A stretch of DNA of 64,000 bases from Betaproteobacteria bacterium (GTDB lineage: Bacteria; Pseudomonadota; Gammaproteobacteria; Burkholderiales; SG8-39), in contig CANJXQ010000007.1 in NCBI GenBank assembly GCA_947478805.1, forward strand, positions 15-64,014, given 5' to 3'. Made by a program: the position numbers and the translations under genes. Shown here one piece after another: positions 27,327 to 37,318 of this stretch (the first letter of the stretch is position 1; each line of letters begins with the position of its first letter). The notes below the pieces were generated by a model. It saw nothing but the letters and a program-made list of their open reading frames with translations, was not told where the DNA came from and made no database searches.

Positions 27327-28325
27327 ATGCACAAGCTGATGACTGTGATGCGGTTCATGGCGTTTGCCGTGTTGGGTGCTTCTCCGCTCGCCGGATGGTC
27401 GCAGGCCGGCGACTGGCCATCCATCGTTGCGGCGGCGCGCAAAGAAGGCCGGGTGCAGTTCTATACAGGCCAGACCCTGCCGGTCGCCAACCGGATCGTT
27501 GCCGGCTTTCGCAAGCAGTATCCGGACATCGCGGTCGAGGTGACGCGCGGACCGAGCGGCGAGATCCTCGCCAAGGTGGACCAGGAACGCGCCGCGAATC
27601 TGGACGGCGCCGATGTGTTCGTGTCCACCGAGGTGGCGTGGTTCACCGACCGCGCCAGGGAAAACCGCCTGTTGAGGCCGGCGGGGCCTGCCCTGAAGGC
27701 GTGGCCCGCGCAGTTCCTGGCGCAGGGTGTGGCGCCCATTGTCGGGTCCGATCCGTTCGTGATCGTGTACAACCGCAACCTGCTGCCCAATCCGCCGAAG
27801 ACCTATGCCGACCTGCTCGGTCCGGAATACCGCGGCAAACTCGGCACGATGGAATTGGCCTCGACGGTGCTGGTCGCCTGGTACGAATGGCTTGAAAAGA
27901 CCCAGGTCCCCGATTTCCTGGTCCGCTTGAAGGCGCAGCAGCCAAAGCTCTACACGGCGATCGCGCAATCGGTGGCCTCTGGCGAGATTGCCGTAAGTCC
28001 GTTCGGCATTCCCTCCGCGATCACGCCGCTGGTGCAGCAGGGGGCGCCGCTCGGCTTCGTGGTGCCGACACCGGTGATGGGTAACCTGTATGGGGCCGGT
28101 GCGCTCAACTGGAGCCGGCGGCCGAATGCCGCGCTGGTGCTCGTCGACTATGTGATGTCAGCGGAGGGGCAGACGCTCTGGCACGGGGGTGGTGAAAGCG
28201 CCAGTCCGCTGAGTGGCATCCCCGGGGCGATCGCCATGTCGGCGATTACGCCGTTCGATCCGTCACGCTACCCGGCGGCGGCGGTCAACAAATACCGGGA
28301 ACACTGGAATCGGATCTTCAAGTAG
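27327..28325 (+). CDS. Periplasmic ABC-type solute-binding protein, orphan (paralog 2 of 3)
   Basis: SD GGAGGA, signal peptide MHKLMTVMRFMAFAVLGASPLAGWSQA, then AAARKEGRVQFYTGQ...FRKQYPDIAVEVTR...VDQERAANLDGADV. Confidence 0.8.
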   Translation: MHKLMTVMRFMAFAVLGASPLAGWSQAGDWPSIVAAARKEGRVQFYTGQTLPVANRIVAGFRKQYPDIAVEVTRGPSGEILAKVDQERAANLDGADVFVSTEVAWFTDRARENRLLRPAGPALKAWPAQFLAQGVAPIVGSDPFVIVYNRNLLPNPPKTYADLLGPEYRGKLGTMELASTVLVAWYEWLEKTQVPDFLVRLKAQQPKLYTAIAQSVASGEIAVSPFGIPSAITPLVQQGAPLGFVVPTPVMGNLYGAGALNWSRRPNAALVLVDYVMSAEGQTLWHGGGESASPLSGIPGAIAMSAITPFDPSRYPAAAVNKYREHWNRIFK

Positions 28326-28491
28326 GGGAGATAGGGGCTGCGGCGCGCGCGGGGCAGTCTTCCGATCCGTGGGCGACGCTGCGGGGGGGCAACGGCAACG
28401 TCCGGTGCTGTTAGTGCGAGAATGTCGCGATGCTGCGCCAATTCGGCGTGGCGATTCCGGTTTTTGCAATCAGCTTGAGGAAGAACACCAC

Positions 28492-29226
28492 ATGTCGATG
28501 ATCTTGTGTGAGGAACAGGGCCGCATTGCCCGCATTACGCTCAACGAGCCGACGCGCGGCAACGCGCTCAGCCGTGCCGGCGCTTCGGATCTGCGCCGCG
28601 CACTGGCGGGCCTGGGCAAGGATGTTGAGCTCATCGTGCTGCGCGGCGCCGGTGGACGGGCATTCTGCGGTGGGGTCAATTCGCCTGAGATGGTGGCGCT
28701 GCCGCCCGAGGAGCGGCGCGAGGCGCTGACGGCGTTTTCTGCCGCCTGCCTGGAGATCTGGGACCACCCTGCGCTGAGTGTCGCGGTGCTCGACGGCTAC
28801 GCCATCGGCGGCGGGGCGCATCTGGCCATGAGCTGCGATATGCGCGTCATGGCGCCGGAGGCGTTCATCCAGTTTCCTTCGTCGGGATACGGGCTGAACA
28901 TCACTACGGTGTGGATCACCTTGCTTGCAGGACCAGCCAACGCCGCATGGCTGATGGGCTCGGCGCGGCGTGTGCCGGCGCCCGAGGCGCTGCGCCTGGG
29001 CCTCGCGCAGGTCATCGCTCCTGGAGACGAGGCGTTGGCCGCGCTGGGGCTCGAAGGGCGCACCGGCTTCCTCGAGCTCAAGGCTGCGATCCGCGAGGCG
29101 ATTCCGCCGCATGTGGCTGGCGCCCTGCGTGCCGAGCAGGCGCGTGCCCGTGAACTGGTGGGCCTGGACCGGTTCGTCAATGCCCTCGGGCAGGAGCGCA
29201 GTGCCAAGAGCGCAAAAGCGAAGTAG
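28492..29226 (+). CDS. Enoyl-CoA hydratase/isomerase (crotonase) family protein
   Basis: GRIARITLNEPTRGNAL...LRGAGGRAFCGGVN is the typical crotonase oxyanion-hole region. Start at ATG 28492. Confidence 0.8.
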   Translation: MSMILCEEQGRIARITLNEPTRGNALSRAGASDLRRALAGLGKDVELIVLRGAGGRAFCGGVNSPEMVALPPEERREALTAFSAACLEIWDHPALSVAVLDGYAIGGGAHLAMSCDMRVMAPEAFIQFPSSGYGLNITTVWITLLAGPANAAWLMGSARRVPAPEALRLGLAQVIAPGDEALAALGLEGRTGFLELKAAIREAIPPHVAGALRAEQARARELVGLDRFVNALGQERSAKSAKAK

Positions 29227-29274
29227 GATTGGGCACTTCGCTACGCCCGTCCCCATACAACCGGAGGATCCGAC

Positions 29275-30444
29275 ATGAACGACGCATGCATCGTAGGCTG
29301 GGCCCACACACCCTTTGGCAAGCAGGACGCACTCGACATCGAAACGCTGATTTCGCGCGTGGCAAGGGAGGCCATCGCCGATGCGGGCATCTCGCCCGAT
29401 GATGTCGATGAGGTCTATCTCGGGCATTTCGGCGCGGGACTCATCCGCGAGAACTTCCTGTCCTCCTACCCCATGCAGGGCGTGCCCGAGCTGCGCTACA
29501 AGCCGACCACGCGGGTGGAGAATGCCTGCGCCTCCGGCACCGCGGCCATCTTCCAGGGGCTGAAGGCCATCGATGCCAAGCACGCGCGCATCGTGCTGGT
29601 GGTGGGTGCCGAAAAGATGACGCACCTGAAAACGGCCGAGGTGTCCGAATCGCTGATCAGTGCCTCCTACATGAAGGATGAGGCCAATGTCGCGGGTGGC
29701 TTTGCCGGCGTGTTCGGGCAGATCGCGCAACAGTACTTCGACCGCTATGGCGACCAGTCCGACGCGCTGGCGCGCATTGCCGCGAAGAACCACAAGAACG
29801 GTGCGAACAATCCGCTGGCGCAGTTCCGCCGTGATCTTGGCTATGAGTTCTGTCGCACCGAATCCGACAAGAACCCGATGGTTGCGGCGCCCCTGAAGCG
29901 CAGCGACTGCTCGGCAGTGTCCGACGGCGCGGCGGCGCTGGTGCTGGCCGACCGCTCCATCGCCGCGACGATGAAGAAGGCCATCGCGTTCCGCGCCGCA
30001 GTGCAGGTGAACGACATCAAGCCCATGAAGACGCGCGACATGACCTGGTTCAACGGCTGCGAGATCGGTTGGAAGAAGGCATTTGAGCAGTCGGGCACGT
30101 CGCTCGCCGATCTCTCCTGCGTGGAGACGCACGACTGCTTCACGGTCGCCGAATTGATCGAGTACGAAGCCATGGGCCTTGCGCCGCGCGGGCACGGCGG
30201 TCGCATCGTCGCTGAAGGCTGGACGGAAATGAACGGCCGGTTGCCGGTGAACGCCTCGGGCGGCCTGAAAGCCAAGGGCCATCCCATCGGCGCGACTGGC
30301 GTGTCCATGCACATCATGCAGTCCATGCAACTCACGGGGACGGCTGCCGATGTGCAGGTGCCGGGCGCAAAGCTCGCCGGCATTTTCAACATGGGTGGCG
30401 CGGCGGTGGCGAATTACGTGAGCATTCTTGAGCGGCTCAAGTAG
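29275..30444 (+). CDS. Thiolase (acetyl-CoA C-acyltransferase, SCP2-thiolase-like)
   Basis: Active-site Cys context VENACASGTAAI, C-terminal NASGGLKAKGHPIGATG and NMGG. Confidence 0.85.
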   Translation: MNDACIVGWAHTPFGKQDALDIETLISRVAREAIADAGISPDDVDEVYLGHFGAGLIRENFLSSYPMQGVPELRYKPTTRVENACASGTAAIFQGLKAIDAKHARIVLVVGAEKMTHLKTAEVSESLISASYMKDEANVAGGFAGVFGQIAQQYFDRYGDQSDALARIAAKNHKNGANNPLAQFRRDLGYEFCRTESDKNPMVAAPLKRSDCSAVSDGAAALVLADRSIAATMKKAIAFRAAVQVNDIKPMKTRDMTWFNGCEIGWKKAFEQSGTSLADLSCVETHDCFTVAELIEYEAMGLAPRGHGGRIVAEGWTEMNGRLPVNASGGLKAKGHPIGATGVSMHIMQSMQLTGTAADVQVPGAKLAGIFNMGGAAVANYVSILERLK

Positions 30445-30529
30445 CGGGAGCTTGCTGCCAGCTTCAGCGCAGCATTCAGGGAGCTTGGGTGCAGTAAACT
30501 GTGCTCCCTCTGCTTTTGATCGTTTGACC

Positions 30530-31912
30530 ATGCCCCGCCTATCAGCAATCCTGTCGGCAAGCGCGTTCGCGACCCTCACGTTGTTCTCGTCTCCCGGCGG
30601 CGCTGCGCTACCCGTCCTCGGGCAGGTCCCGCTGGATTCCAAGGGCACGCCGACCTTGGCGCCCATGCTCGCGACGGTGACTCCGGGTGTGGTGAACATA
30701 TCGGTGCTGTCGCGCGATCCGGCGGAGAGCAATCCGCTGTTGCGCGATCCGTTCTTCCGGCGCTTCTTCAACATCCCCGACCAGCAGGCGCGCCCGCAGC
30801 AAAGCGCGGGGTCCGGCGTGATCGTGGATGCCGCGCGCGGCCTGGTGCTGACCAATCACCATGTCGTGAAGGACGCGCAGGAAATCGTCGTCACGCTCAA
30901 GGACCGGCGCGAACTCAAGGCGCGCCTGGTGGGCGCCGATCCCGGAACGGATGTGGCGCTGCTGCGCATCGCGCCGGACCGGCTCACGGCGATGAAGTTC
31001 GGCGACTCGGATGCACTCAATGTCGGTGATTTCGTGGTGGCGATCGGCAACCCGTTCGGCATCGGCCAGACCGTGACGTCGGGCATCGTCTCGGCGCTGG
31101 GGCGCACGGGCCTGGGGATCGAGGGCTACGAGGAGTTCATCCAGACCGATGCTTCGATCAACCCGGGCAATTCGGGCGGTGCACTGGTGAACCTGCGTGG
31201 CGAGCTGATCGGCATCAACACGGCCATCATCGGCCCGACCGGTGGAAACGTGGGTATCGGCTTTGCCATCCCGGTCAACATGGTCCGTTCTGTGATGGAC
31301 CAGTTGCAGCGCTTTGGCGAAGTCCGCCGCGGGCGCCTGGGGGTATCGACTGAGGATCTCACTCCGGATACGGCCAAGAAGCTCGGCGTGGGAATCACCG
31401 AAGGTGCGGTGGTGGTCGGCGTCGAGCCGAACTCGCCGGCGCTAAAGGCGGGCCTCAAGGTCAAGGACATCATTATCGGCGCCGGCGGTCGGGCGGTGCG
31501 CAATTCCGCCGACGTGCGCAATCGCGCCGGCCTCACGCCGGTCGGCGAAGAGATCGAGTTGCGGCTGTTGCGCGGCGGCCAGACGATCCAGGTGAAGGCA
31601 CGTGTGGGAGAGCCTTTCGTGGCGACGAACCTTTCCGGGGAGGCGATACCCCAGCTGGTTGGGGCGAAAGTTTCCGACATCGAGCCGGGAATGCCGATGC
31701 ACGGGACGGTCACGGGCGCAATCATTGTGGCCATTGAGAACGGCAGCGCTGCGGCGCAAGTCGGATTGCAGCCGGGCGACATCATCTACGGGGCCAACCG
31801 TCGCCGCGTGCAGGGTGTGAAAGATCTGCTTGCGGCCCTGAGGGCGGGCGAGCGCCCGTTGCGCATTTTGTTGCTGCGCGGTGAGAACCGCCTCACGCTG
31901 ACCATTCGCTAG
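30530..31912 (+). CDS. Periplasmic serine endoprotease DegP/DegQ (HtrA family) with two PDZ domains
   Basis: Signal peptide MPRLSAILSASAFATLTLFSSPGGAA. Catalytic triad contexts TNHHVV, DVALLRI, GNSGGALVN. The C-terminal ~200 aa is PDZ-like. Confidence 0.88.
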   Translation: MPRLSAILSASAFATLTLFSSPGGAALPVLGQVPLDSKGTPTLAPMLATVTPGVVNISVLSRDPAESNPLLRDPFFRRFFNIPDQQARPQQSAGSGVIVDAARGLVLTNHHVVKDAQEIVVTLKDRRELKARLVGADPGTDVALLRIAPDRLTAMKFGDSDALNVGDFVVAIGNPFGIGQTVTSGIVSALGRTGLGIEGYEEFIQTDASINPGNSGGALVNLRGELIGINTAIIGPTGGNVGIGFAIPVNMVRSVMDQLQRFGEVRRGRLGVSTEDLTPDTAKKLGVGITEGAVVVGVEPNSPALKAGLKVKDIIIGAGGRAVRNSADVRNRAGLTPVGEEIELRLLRGGQTIQVKARVGEPFVATNLSGEAIPQLVGAKVSDIEPGMPMHGTVTGAIIVAIENGSAAAQVGLQPGDIIYGANRRRVQGVKDLLAALRAGERPLRILLLRGENRLTLTIR

Positions 31913-31919
31913 TAGCGTG

Positions 31920-31949
31920 GCGAACGCGCAGCCTTCAGGGCGCGTTCGC
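31920..31949. other. Perfect 10-bp-stem hairpin in the degQ-M61 intergenic region
   Basis: GCGAACGCGC-(10 nt loop)-GCGCGTTCGC with no strong T-run. Possibly a weak terminator or an mRNA stabiliser. Confidence 0.4.
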
Positions 31950-31975
31950 ATTGACCATATTCCCGAAAGAGTGAA

Positions 31976-33892
31976 ATGACCGAGCCGATCCGCTATCGCA
32001 TCATTCCCAAATCCCCTGAAGCCCACTTGTTCGAGGTGAGCTGCACGGTGACTGACCCCGATCCCGAAGGACAGTGCTTTGCATTGCCGGCTTGGATACC
32101 GGGGAGCTATCTCGTGCGGGATTTCGCGCGGCACGTGGTCACTATCCGCGCGCGCAGCGGCTTGGGGCGCGGCGGCGAAGCGCTCAAGGTGACCAAGCTC
32201 GACAAGCACACCTGGCGCGTTGTGCCCGATGCAACAAAGCCATCCGGGCCGGTGACTGTGACCTGCGAGGTCTATGCGTGGGACCTCTCGGTGCGCGGCG
32301 CGCACCTGGATGCGACGCATGGTTTCTTCAATGGCACCAGCGTGTTCCTGCGCGTGCTGGGACGCGAGGCGTTGCGCTGTGAAGTCGAGATCGTGCGCCC
32401 GGCGGGTGCCAGATACCGGCGCTGGGAAGTGGCGACGTCGTTGCGCCGCTGTGTGGCGCCGCCCTGGGGTTTCGGCCTCTACGATACCGCCGACTACGAC
32501 GAGCTGATCGACCATCCGGTGGAGATGGGTGCCTTCACACGCGACACGTTTATTGCGCGGGGCGTTCCGCACGACGTCGTCATCACGGGTCGCCACCGCG
32601 CCGACATGCCGAGGCTGTTGCGGGATATGAAGGCCGTGTGCGAAACACAGATCGATTTCTTTCACGGCCCGGCAGCGATACGCAGCGCCAGACGAGGCAC
32701 TCCCGCGTCGGCCGTCATTCCCTTCGACAAGTACGTATTCCTCGTCACCGCCGTCGGCGATGGCTACGGCGGGCTGGAACACCGGGCCTCCACCGCGCTC
32801 ATGTGTTCGCGCAACGACCTGCCGCATGCGGGGATGAAGCAGGCGACGGAGGGCTACCGCACCTTCCTCGGCCTCGTCAGTCACGAATACTTCCACACCT
32901 GGAACGTGAAGCGCATCAAGCCCGCGGCCTTTACGCCCTACGACCTCGATCGCGAGAACTACACCACGCTCTTGTGGGCCTTCGAAGGGATTACCTCCTA
33001 CTACGACGACCTCATGCTGTTGCGCAGCGGACTGCTGTCGACGGAGCAATATCTGGAGGCGCTCGGCCGCAGCGTGACGCAGTTGCTGCGCATGCCGGGG
33101 CGCCGCAAGCAGAGCCTGGCTGACTCCAGCTTCGATGCCTGGAACAAGTACTACCGCCAGGACGAGAATTCGCCCAACGCGATCGTGAGCTATTACGGCA
33201 AGGGAAGTCTTGCGGCGCTCTGCCTGGATCTTTACATCCGGGAACGCACGCAGGGTCGAAAATCTCTCGACGACGTCATGCGGGCGCTGTGGAAAAAGCA
33301 TGGCATGACCGGTATTGGCGTCGAGGAGGATGGCTTCGAGCGCATCGCTGAAGCCGTCACACGCTTGAGGCTTGGGCGTCAGTTCGATGCCTGGTTGCGT
33401 GCCACTGCGGAGCTCCCCTTGAAGCAGCTGCTCGCGACCCACGGCGTCGCGCTCGGGTTGCGGGCTGCGGAGTCGGCCACCGACAAGGGCGGGAAGAAAT
33501 CGTCGAAGGACGACGGGGCGCTGCGCGCGCGGCCGGAGCTGGGCGTGCGTGGATCTGTAGCTGCCGGCGAATACAAACTCACGCATGTCATCGATGGTGG
33601 TGCTGCGCAGGCGGCGGGACTTTCTGCGGGCGATGCCATCGTCGCCGTGGATGGAATTCGCATCGGGTCGGGTGGTGTGGATGCCATGCTCGCAACACGG
33701 CGTCCGGGGGAGACCATGGAGCTGCATGCCTTTCGCCGCGACGAACTGATGACCTTCAACGTGACGCTCAAATCACCGGAGGCCGATACGGCTTTTCTTG
33801 CGGTCGATGCGGCCGCCGATCGCGCGCGCGGTTCCGAAACACGTCGCCTGCGTCAGCACTGGTTGCACTTGGCCAAAAGGAGAAAAGCATGA
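31976..33892 (+). CDS. M61 family (glycyl aminopeptidase-like) metallopeptidase with C-terminal PDZ domain
   Basis: Zinc motif VSHEYFHTWNVKR (HExxH). N-terminal pattern MTEPIRYRI...PEAHLFEV...LPAWIPGSY. C-terminal PDZ-like GGAAQAAGLSAGDAIVAVDG. Confidence 0.85.
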   Translation: MTEPIRYRIIPKSPEAHLFEVSCTVTDPDPEGQCFALPAWIPGSYLVRDFARHVVTIRARSGLGRGGEALKVTKLDKHTWRVVPDATKPSGPVTVTCEVYAWDLSVRGAHLDATHGFFNGTSVFLRVLGREALRCEVEIVRPAGARYRRWEVATSLRRCVAPPWGFGLYDTADYDELIDHPVEMGAFTRDTFIARGVPHDVVITGRHRADMPRLLRDMKAVCETQIDFFHGPAAIRSARRGTPASAVIPFDKYVFLVTAVGDGYGGLEHRASTALMCSRNDLPHAGMKQATEGYRTFLGLVSHEYFHTWNVKRIKPAAFTPYDLDRENYTTLLWAFEGITSYYDDLMLLRSGLLSTEQYLEALGRSVTQLLRMPGRRKQSLADSSFDAWNKYYRQDENSPNAIVSYYGKGSLAALCLDLYIRERTQGRKSLDDVMRALWKKHGMTGIGVEEDGFERIAEAVTRLRLGRQFDAWLRATAELPLKQLLATHGVALGLRAAESATDKGGKKSSKDDGALRARPELGVRGSVAAGEYKLTHVIDGGAAQAAGLSAGDAIVAVDGIRIGSGGVDAMLATRRPGETMELHAFRRDELMTFNVTLKSPEADTAFLAVDAAADRARGSETRRLRQHWLHLAKRRKA

Positions 33893-34554
33893 GCGAGCAC
33901 CGCGATGGAACGCACCGGGCGCCGCGCCGCGCGCGGCTGATCGTGGTGCGCCACGGCGAGACGAAGTGGAACGCCGAAGGCCGCATCCAGGGGCACCAGG
34001 ACAGCCCGCTCACCGCCATGGGCATCAAGCAGGCCGAAGCCGTTGCGCATCGCCTGGGCGTCGAGAAGCTGGACGCCATTGTCGCCTCCGACCTTGGGCG
34101 CGTGCGCCAGACCGTCGAGCCGCTCTCCAAGCGCACCGGCCTTCAGGTGAGCTTCGATGCGGCACTGCGCGAGCGCAACTACGGTCTTTTCGAAGGCAAG
34201 ACGCTGGCCGAGCTCGATGTCGAGTTCCCGGGCCAGTTCGAAAAGCTCCGCACCGGCAACCCGCACGGCATTCCCCCCGGAGGGGAGAGCCTGGCACAGT
34301 TCCACGCGCGTATTGCCGCGGCGATGGAGCAGGTGGCGCAGGAAGCTGCGGGCAAGACGGTCGCAGTAATGGTGCATGGCGGCGTCGCCGGAGAACTGTT
34401 TCGCCATGCCATGCGCATTCCGCTGGAAGCGCCGCGCACGTTCTCGCTCTTCAACGCCAGCATCAACCGCTGGAGCTACAAGCGCGGCCTCTGGCACCTG
34501 GATGTGTGGGGTGACGTGTCGCACCTCCCAGCCGGCAGCCGCGAAGACACCTGA
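33889..34554 (+). CDS. Histidine phosphatase family protein (phosphoglycerate mutase-like)
   Basis: Catalytic RHGETKWN motif (LIVVRHGETKWNAEGRIQG). ATGA overlap with the M61 gene. Confidence 0.85.
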   Translation: MSEHRDGTHRAPRRARLIVVRHGETKWNAEGRIQGHQDSPLTAMGIKQAEAVAHRLGVEKLDAIVASDLGRVRQTVEPLSKRTGLQVSFDAALRERNYGLFEGKTLAELDVEFPGQFEKLRTGNPHGIPPGGESLAQFHARIAAAMEQVAQEAAGKTVAVMVHGGVAGELFRHAMRIPLEAPRTFSLFNASINRWSYKRGLWHLDVWGDVSHLPAGSREDT

Positions 34555-34589
34555 GTGTGCGCCGGTCATCCTGGCGAATAGGGGGCGGC

Positions 34590-36200
34590 GTGGAGGCATT
34601 CGATTTCATTGTCATCGGCGGCGGGTCGTCCGGCAGCATCGTGACCGCGCGACTGGCAGACGCCGGCTGCAGCGTGTGCCTGCTCGAGGCCGGTCCCATG
34701 GACAGCAAGTTCTGGATACACGTGCCAGCCGGTGTTGCAAAAGTGCATGGTGATCCGTCAGTCACCTGGGGATATGAGGTTGCCGGGCCCGCCGGCACCG
34801 GGCGCATGACGCCCGCGCGCCATGGTCGCGTGATCGGCGGCTCCGGTTCCGTCAATGGCATGATCCTCAATCGCGGCGCGGCAGCGGACTACGACGGCTG
34901 GGCCAGCCAGGGCAACGCCGGCTGGAGCTATGCCGAGGTACTGCCGTACTTCATGCGCACGGAGCGGCGCATCGGTGCCGGTGACGATCGCTACCGCGGC
35001 CGTAGCGGCCCGATGCCCGTCACCGACAGCGATTGGCGGCATCCGCTGGCCGACGCCTTCCATTATGCGGCCGTCAACAGCGGACTGCCGGACGATCCCG
35101 ATCTCAATGGGCCCGCGCCCGACGGCGTATGCCGTGTGCAGCACAACCTGCACCGGGGCCGCCGCATGAGTTCTGCGCGCGCGCTCTTGCACCCGGCCAT
35201 GCAACGTCACGGCAAGAACGGAACGCTCGACGTGCGCACCGGTGCGCAGGTGCTGCGCATTCTGTTCGAGGGCATGCGCGCCGTGGGCGTGCGCTACGCC
35301 GGGCCGGGTGGGGAGGTCGAGGTGCGCGCACGGCGCGAAGTCATCCTGTGCGCCGGCGCGCTTGCTTCGCCGAAAATTCTCCAGGTGTCGGGCATCGGTT
35401 CCGCGGCGCTGCTCCAGGCGCTGGATGTGCCCGTGGTGAATGCCCTCGAGGGCGTCGGCCGTAACCTGCAGGACCACTACCATGTGCGCATGTCGTACGG
35501 CATCCGCAACGCGGTAACCATCAACAGCCTCGCCAGCGGCCCGCGCTTCGCGGTCGAAGTCCTGAAATGGCTCGCCGGACGGCCGGGACTGATCCGCTCC
35601 AGCCCGCTGCAGATGCTGGCCACGGTGCGTTCGCGGCCGGACCTGCCTGCGCCGGACGTGACCCTCATCTTCTCACCCGGCAGCTTCACCGCGGTATCGG
35701 GTCGCGTGACGACCACGCCGGGTGCGAGCTGCATCGTCTGGCAGATGCGCCCATCCAGTCGTGGAACCGTGCGCGCGAAGTCGAAGGACGCCCGCGATCT
35801 GCCGGTCATTGATCCCGATTACCTGTCGGCCGAAGAAGACCGCCGCGCCTTGGTCGGCGGCATGCGCGTGCTGCGCCGGATCTTTGCCGCACCGCCGCTC
35901 AGCGACTATGTAACGGGCGAGAATGTGCCAGGGGTCGCCTCGGCAGATGACGCGGCATTGCTCGAGTTTGCTCGCACCACGGGCCTCACCTCGTTCCACT
36001 TCGCCGGCTCCAACCGCATGGGGCCGCGCAGCGATGCGCTGGCGGTGGTGGATGCCGATCTGCGCGTGCACGGCATCGACGGCCTGCGCGTGTGCGACGC
36101 CTCCATCATGCCGACCATTCCGTCGGGAAATACCAATGCGGCGTCGATGATGATCGGGGAGAAGGGCGCCGACTTGATCCTGTGCAGGACCGCAGCCTAG
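34590..36200 (+). CDS. GMC-family FAD-dependent oxidoreductase (choline/alcohol dehydrogenase-like)
   Basis: [20 protein letters not shown] dinucleotide-binding motif. GMC C-terminus [16 protein letters not shown] chose the GTG at 34590 with AGGGGG upstream; the ORF-track start at 34557 is also possible. Confidence 0.85.
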   Translation: MEAFDFIVIGGGSSGSIVTARLADAGCSVCLLEAGPMDSKFWIHVPAGVAKVHGDPSVTWGYEVAGPAGTGRMTPARHGRVIGGSGSVNGMILNRGAAADYDGWASQGNAGWSYAEVLPYFMRTERRIGAGDDRYRGRSGPMPVTDSDWRHPLADAFHYAAVNSGLPDDPDLNGPAPDGVCRVQHNLHRGRRMSSARALLHPAMQRHGKNGTLDVRTGAQVLRILFEGMRAVGVRYAGPGGEVEVRARREVILCAGALASPKILQVSGIGSAALLQALDVPVVNALEGVGRNLQDHYHVRMSYGIRNAVTINSLASGPRFAVEVLKWLAGRPGLIRSSPLQMLATVRSRPDLPAPDVTLIFSPGSFTAVSGRVTTTPGASCIVWQMRPSSRGTVRAKSKDARDLPVIDPDYLSAEEDRRALVGGMRVLRRIFAAPPLSDYVTGENVPGVASADDAALLEFARTTGLTSFHFAGSNRMGPRSDALAVVDADLRVHGIDGLRVCDASIMPTIPSGNTNAASMMIGEKGADLILCRTAA

Positions 36201-36244
36201 CGTATGCTGCCAAGGCTATCGGCAATTTTCTGGAGATCCGCAAG

Positions 36245-37285
36245 ATGAGCTTATCGCTGTTTCGCGCTGTCCTTGCACATGCTGTCATTGCCATTTCGGT
36301 GGCTTCGATATTTACCTCTTCTGCCAGCGCACAAAGTGCCGCGCCCGACACCCGTAACTGGGCCACAGTCCTCGATGCGGCGAAGAAGGAGGGGACCGTC
36401 TTCTTCTACAGCGCGCAGGCAGTTCCGGTGCTGCAGCGATTGAGCGACGGATTCAGGAAGGCGTACCCGACGATCAAGGTCGAATTCACCCGCATGAACA
36501 GCGGGCCGATGATTGCGCGCCTGGACCAGGAGCGGACCTCGGGTGCGGATGGGGCCGATGTTGCCATGCCGACGGACTATGCCTGGATGAGAAGTCGCGT
36601 TAAGGAAGGTCAGTTGTCGCGCCCGATCGGGCCTTCGATGCGCGATTGGCCGGCGAATTTCCTGCATGAAGGGCACTTTGTCACCGGTTCCTATGAGCCG
36701 TTTGTGCTGGCCTATAACAGCAAGGTCGTGTCCCGACCACCGCGCGCCTACACGGACCTGCTGGCAGCGGAATTCAAGGGGAAACTGGGAATTCCGGAGG
36801 CGCCTGCCGCGGTGATCATCGCCTGGTATGACTGGCTCGACAAGACGCAGGGCATGGACTTCCCGAGCAAGATCATGGCCCAGGATCCCAAGGTGTTCAT
36901 TTCCAGCCCGCCGCTGGCGCAGGCAATCGCCTCGGGCGAGATCAATGCATCGCTCCTGAACAATCCTTCCAGCATGCGGGCGCTGGTGGACAACGGCGCC
37001 CCGATCGCTTTCAACGTGCCCGACCCGGCGTTCGCGTTCGCGAACTACGTGGCCGCATTTCGCTGGAGCAAGCGACCCAACGCGGGGCTGGTGCTGCTGG
37101 ACTGGCTGATGTCACGCGATGGGCAGGCCGTCTGGTGCGGCACCGGGGAGAGCGCGAGCCCGCTCAAGGGCATCGCCGGGGCGTTGCAGGTGCCGGGAAG
37201 CGTGACCTTCTATGATCCCGATCAGTGGTCGCCAGAGGCGCAGAAGCGGTATGTCGAGCGGTACAACCGCGTCTATCGAAAGTAG
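36245..37285 (+). CDS. Periplasmic ABC-type solute-binding protein, orphan (paralog 3 of 3)
   Basis: Signal peptide MSLSLFRAVLAHAVIAISVASIFTSSASA, then AAKKEGTVFFYSAQ...FRKAYPTIKVEFTR...LDQERTSGADGADV. Confidence 0.8.
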   Translation: MSLSLFRAVLAHAVIAISVASIFTSSASAQSAAPDTRNWATVLDAAKKEGTVFFYSAQAVPVLQRLSDGFRKAYPTIKVEFTRMNSGPMIARLDQERTSGADGADVAMPTDYAWMRSRVKEGQLSRPIGPSMRDWPANFLHEGHFVTGSYEPFVLAYNSKVVSRPPRAYTDLLAAEFKGKLGIPEAPAAVIIAWYDWLDKTQGMDFPSKIMAQDPKVFISSPPLAQAIASGEINASLLNNPSSMRALVDNGAPIAFNVPDPAFAFANYVAAFRWSKRPNAGLVLLDWLMSRDGQAVWCGTGESASPLKGIAGALQVPGSVTFYDPDQWSPEAQKRYVERYNRVYRK

Positions 37286-37318
37286 CCTGTTTGCCCGGGC
37301 GTCGTGTGCCCAAGCACA

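Noticed and set aside
28411-30855. 814-aa minus-strand ORF
   Set aside because: It is antisense to the crotonase and thiolase genes, which carry clear catalytic motifs. Composition is biased (R/G/A/H) and it has no domain signature.
31442-33727. 761-aa minus-strand ORF
   Set aside because: It is antisense to degQ and the M61 peptidase gene (HExxH, GNSGG present on the plus strand). This is a high-GC artefact.
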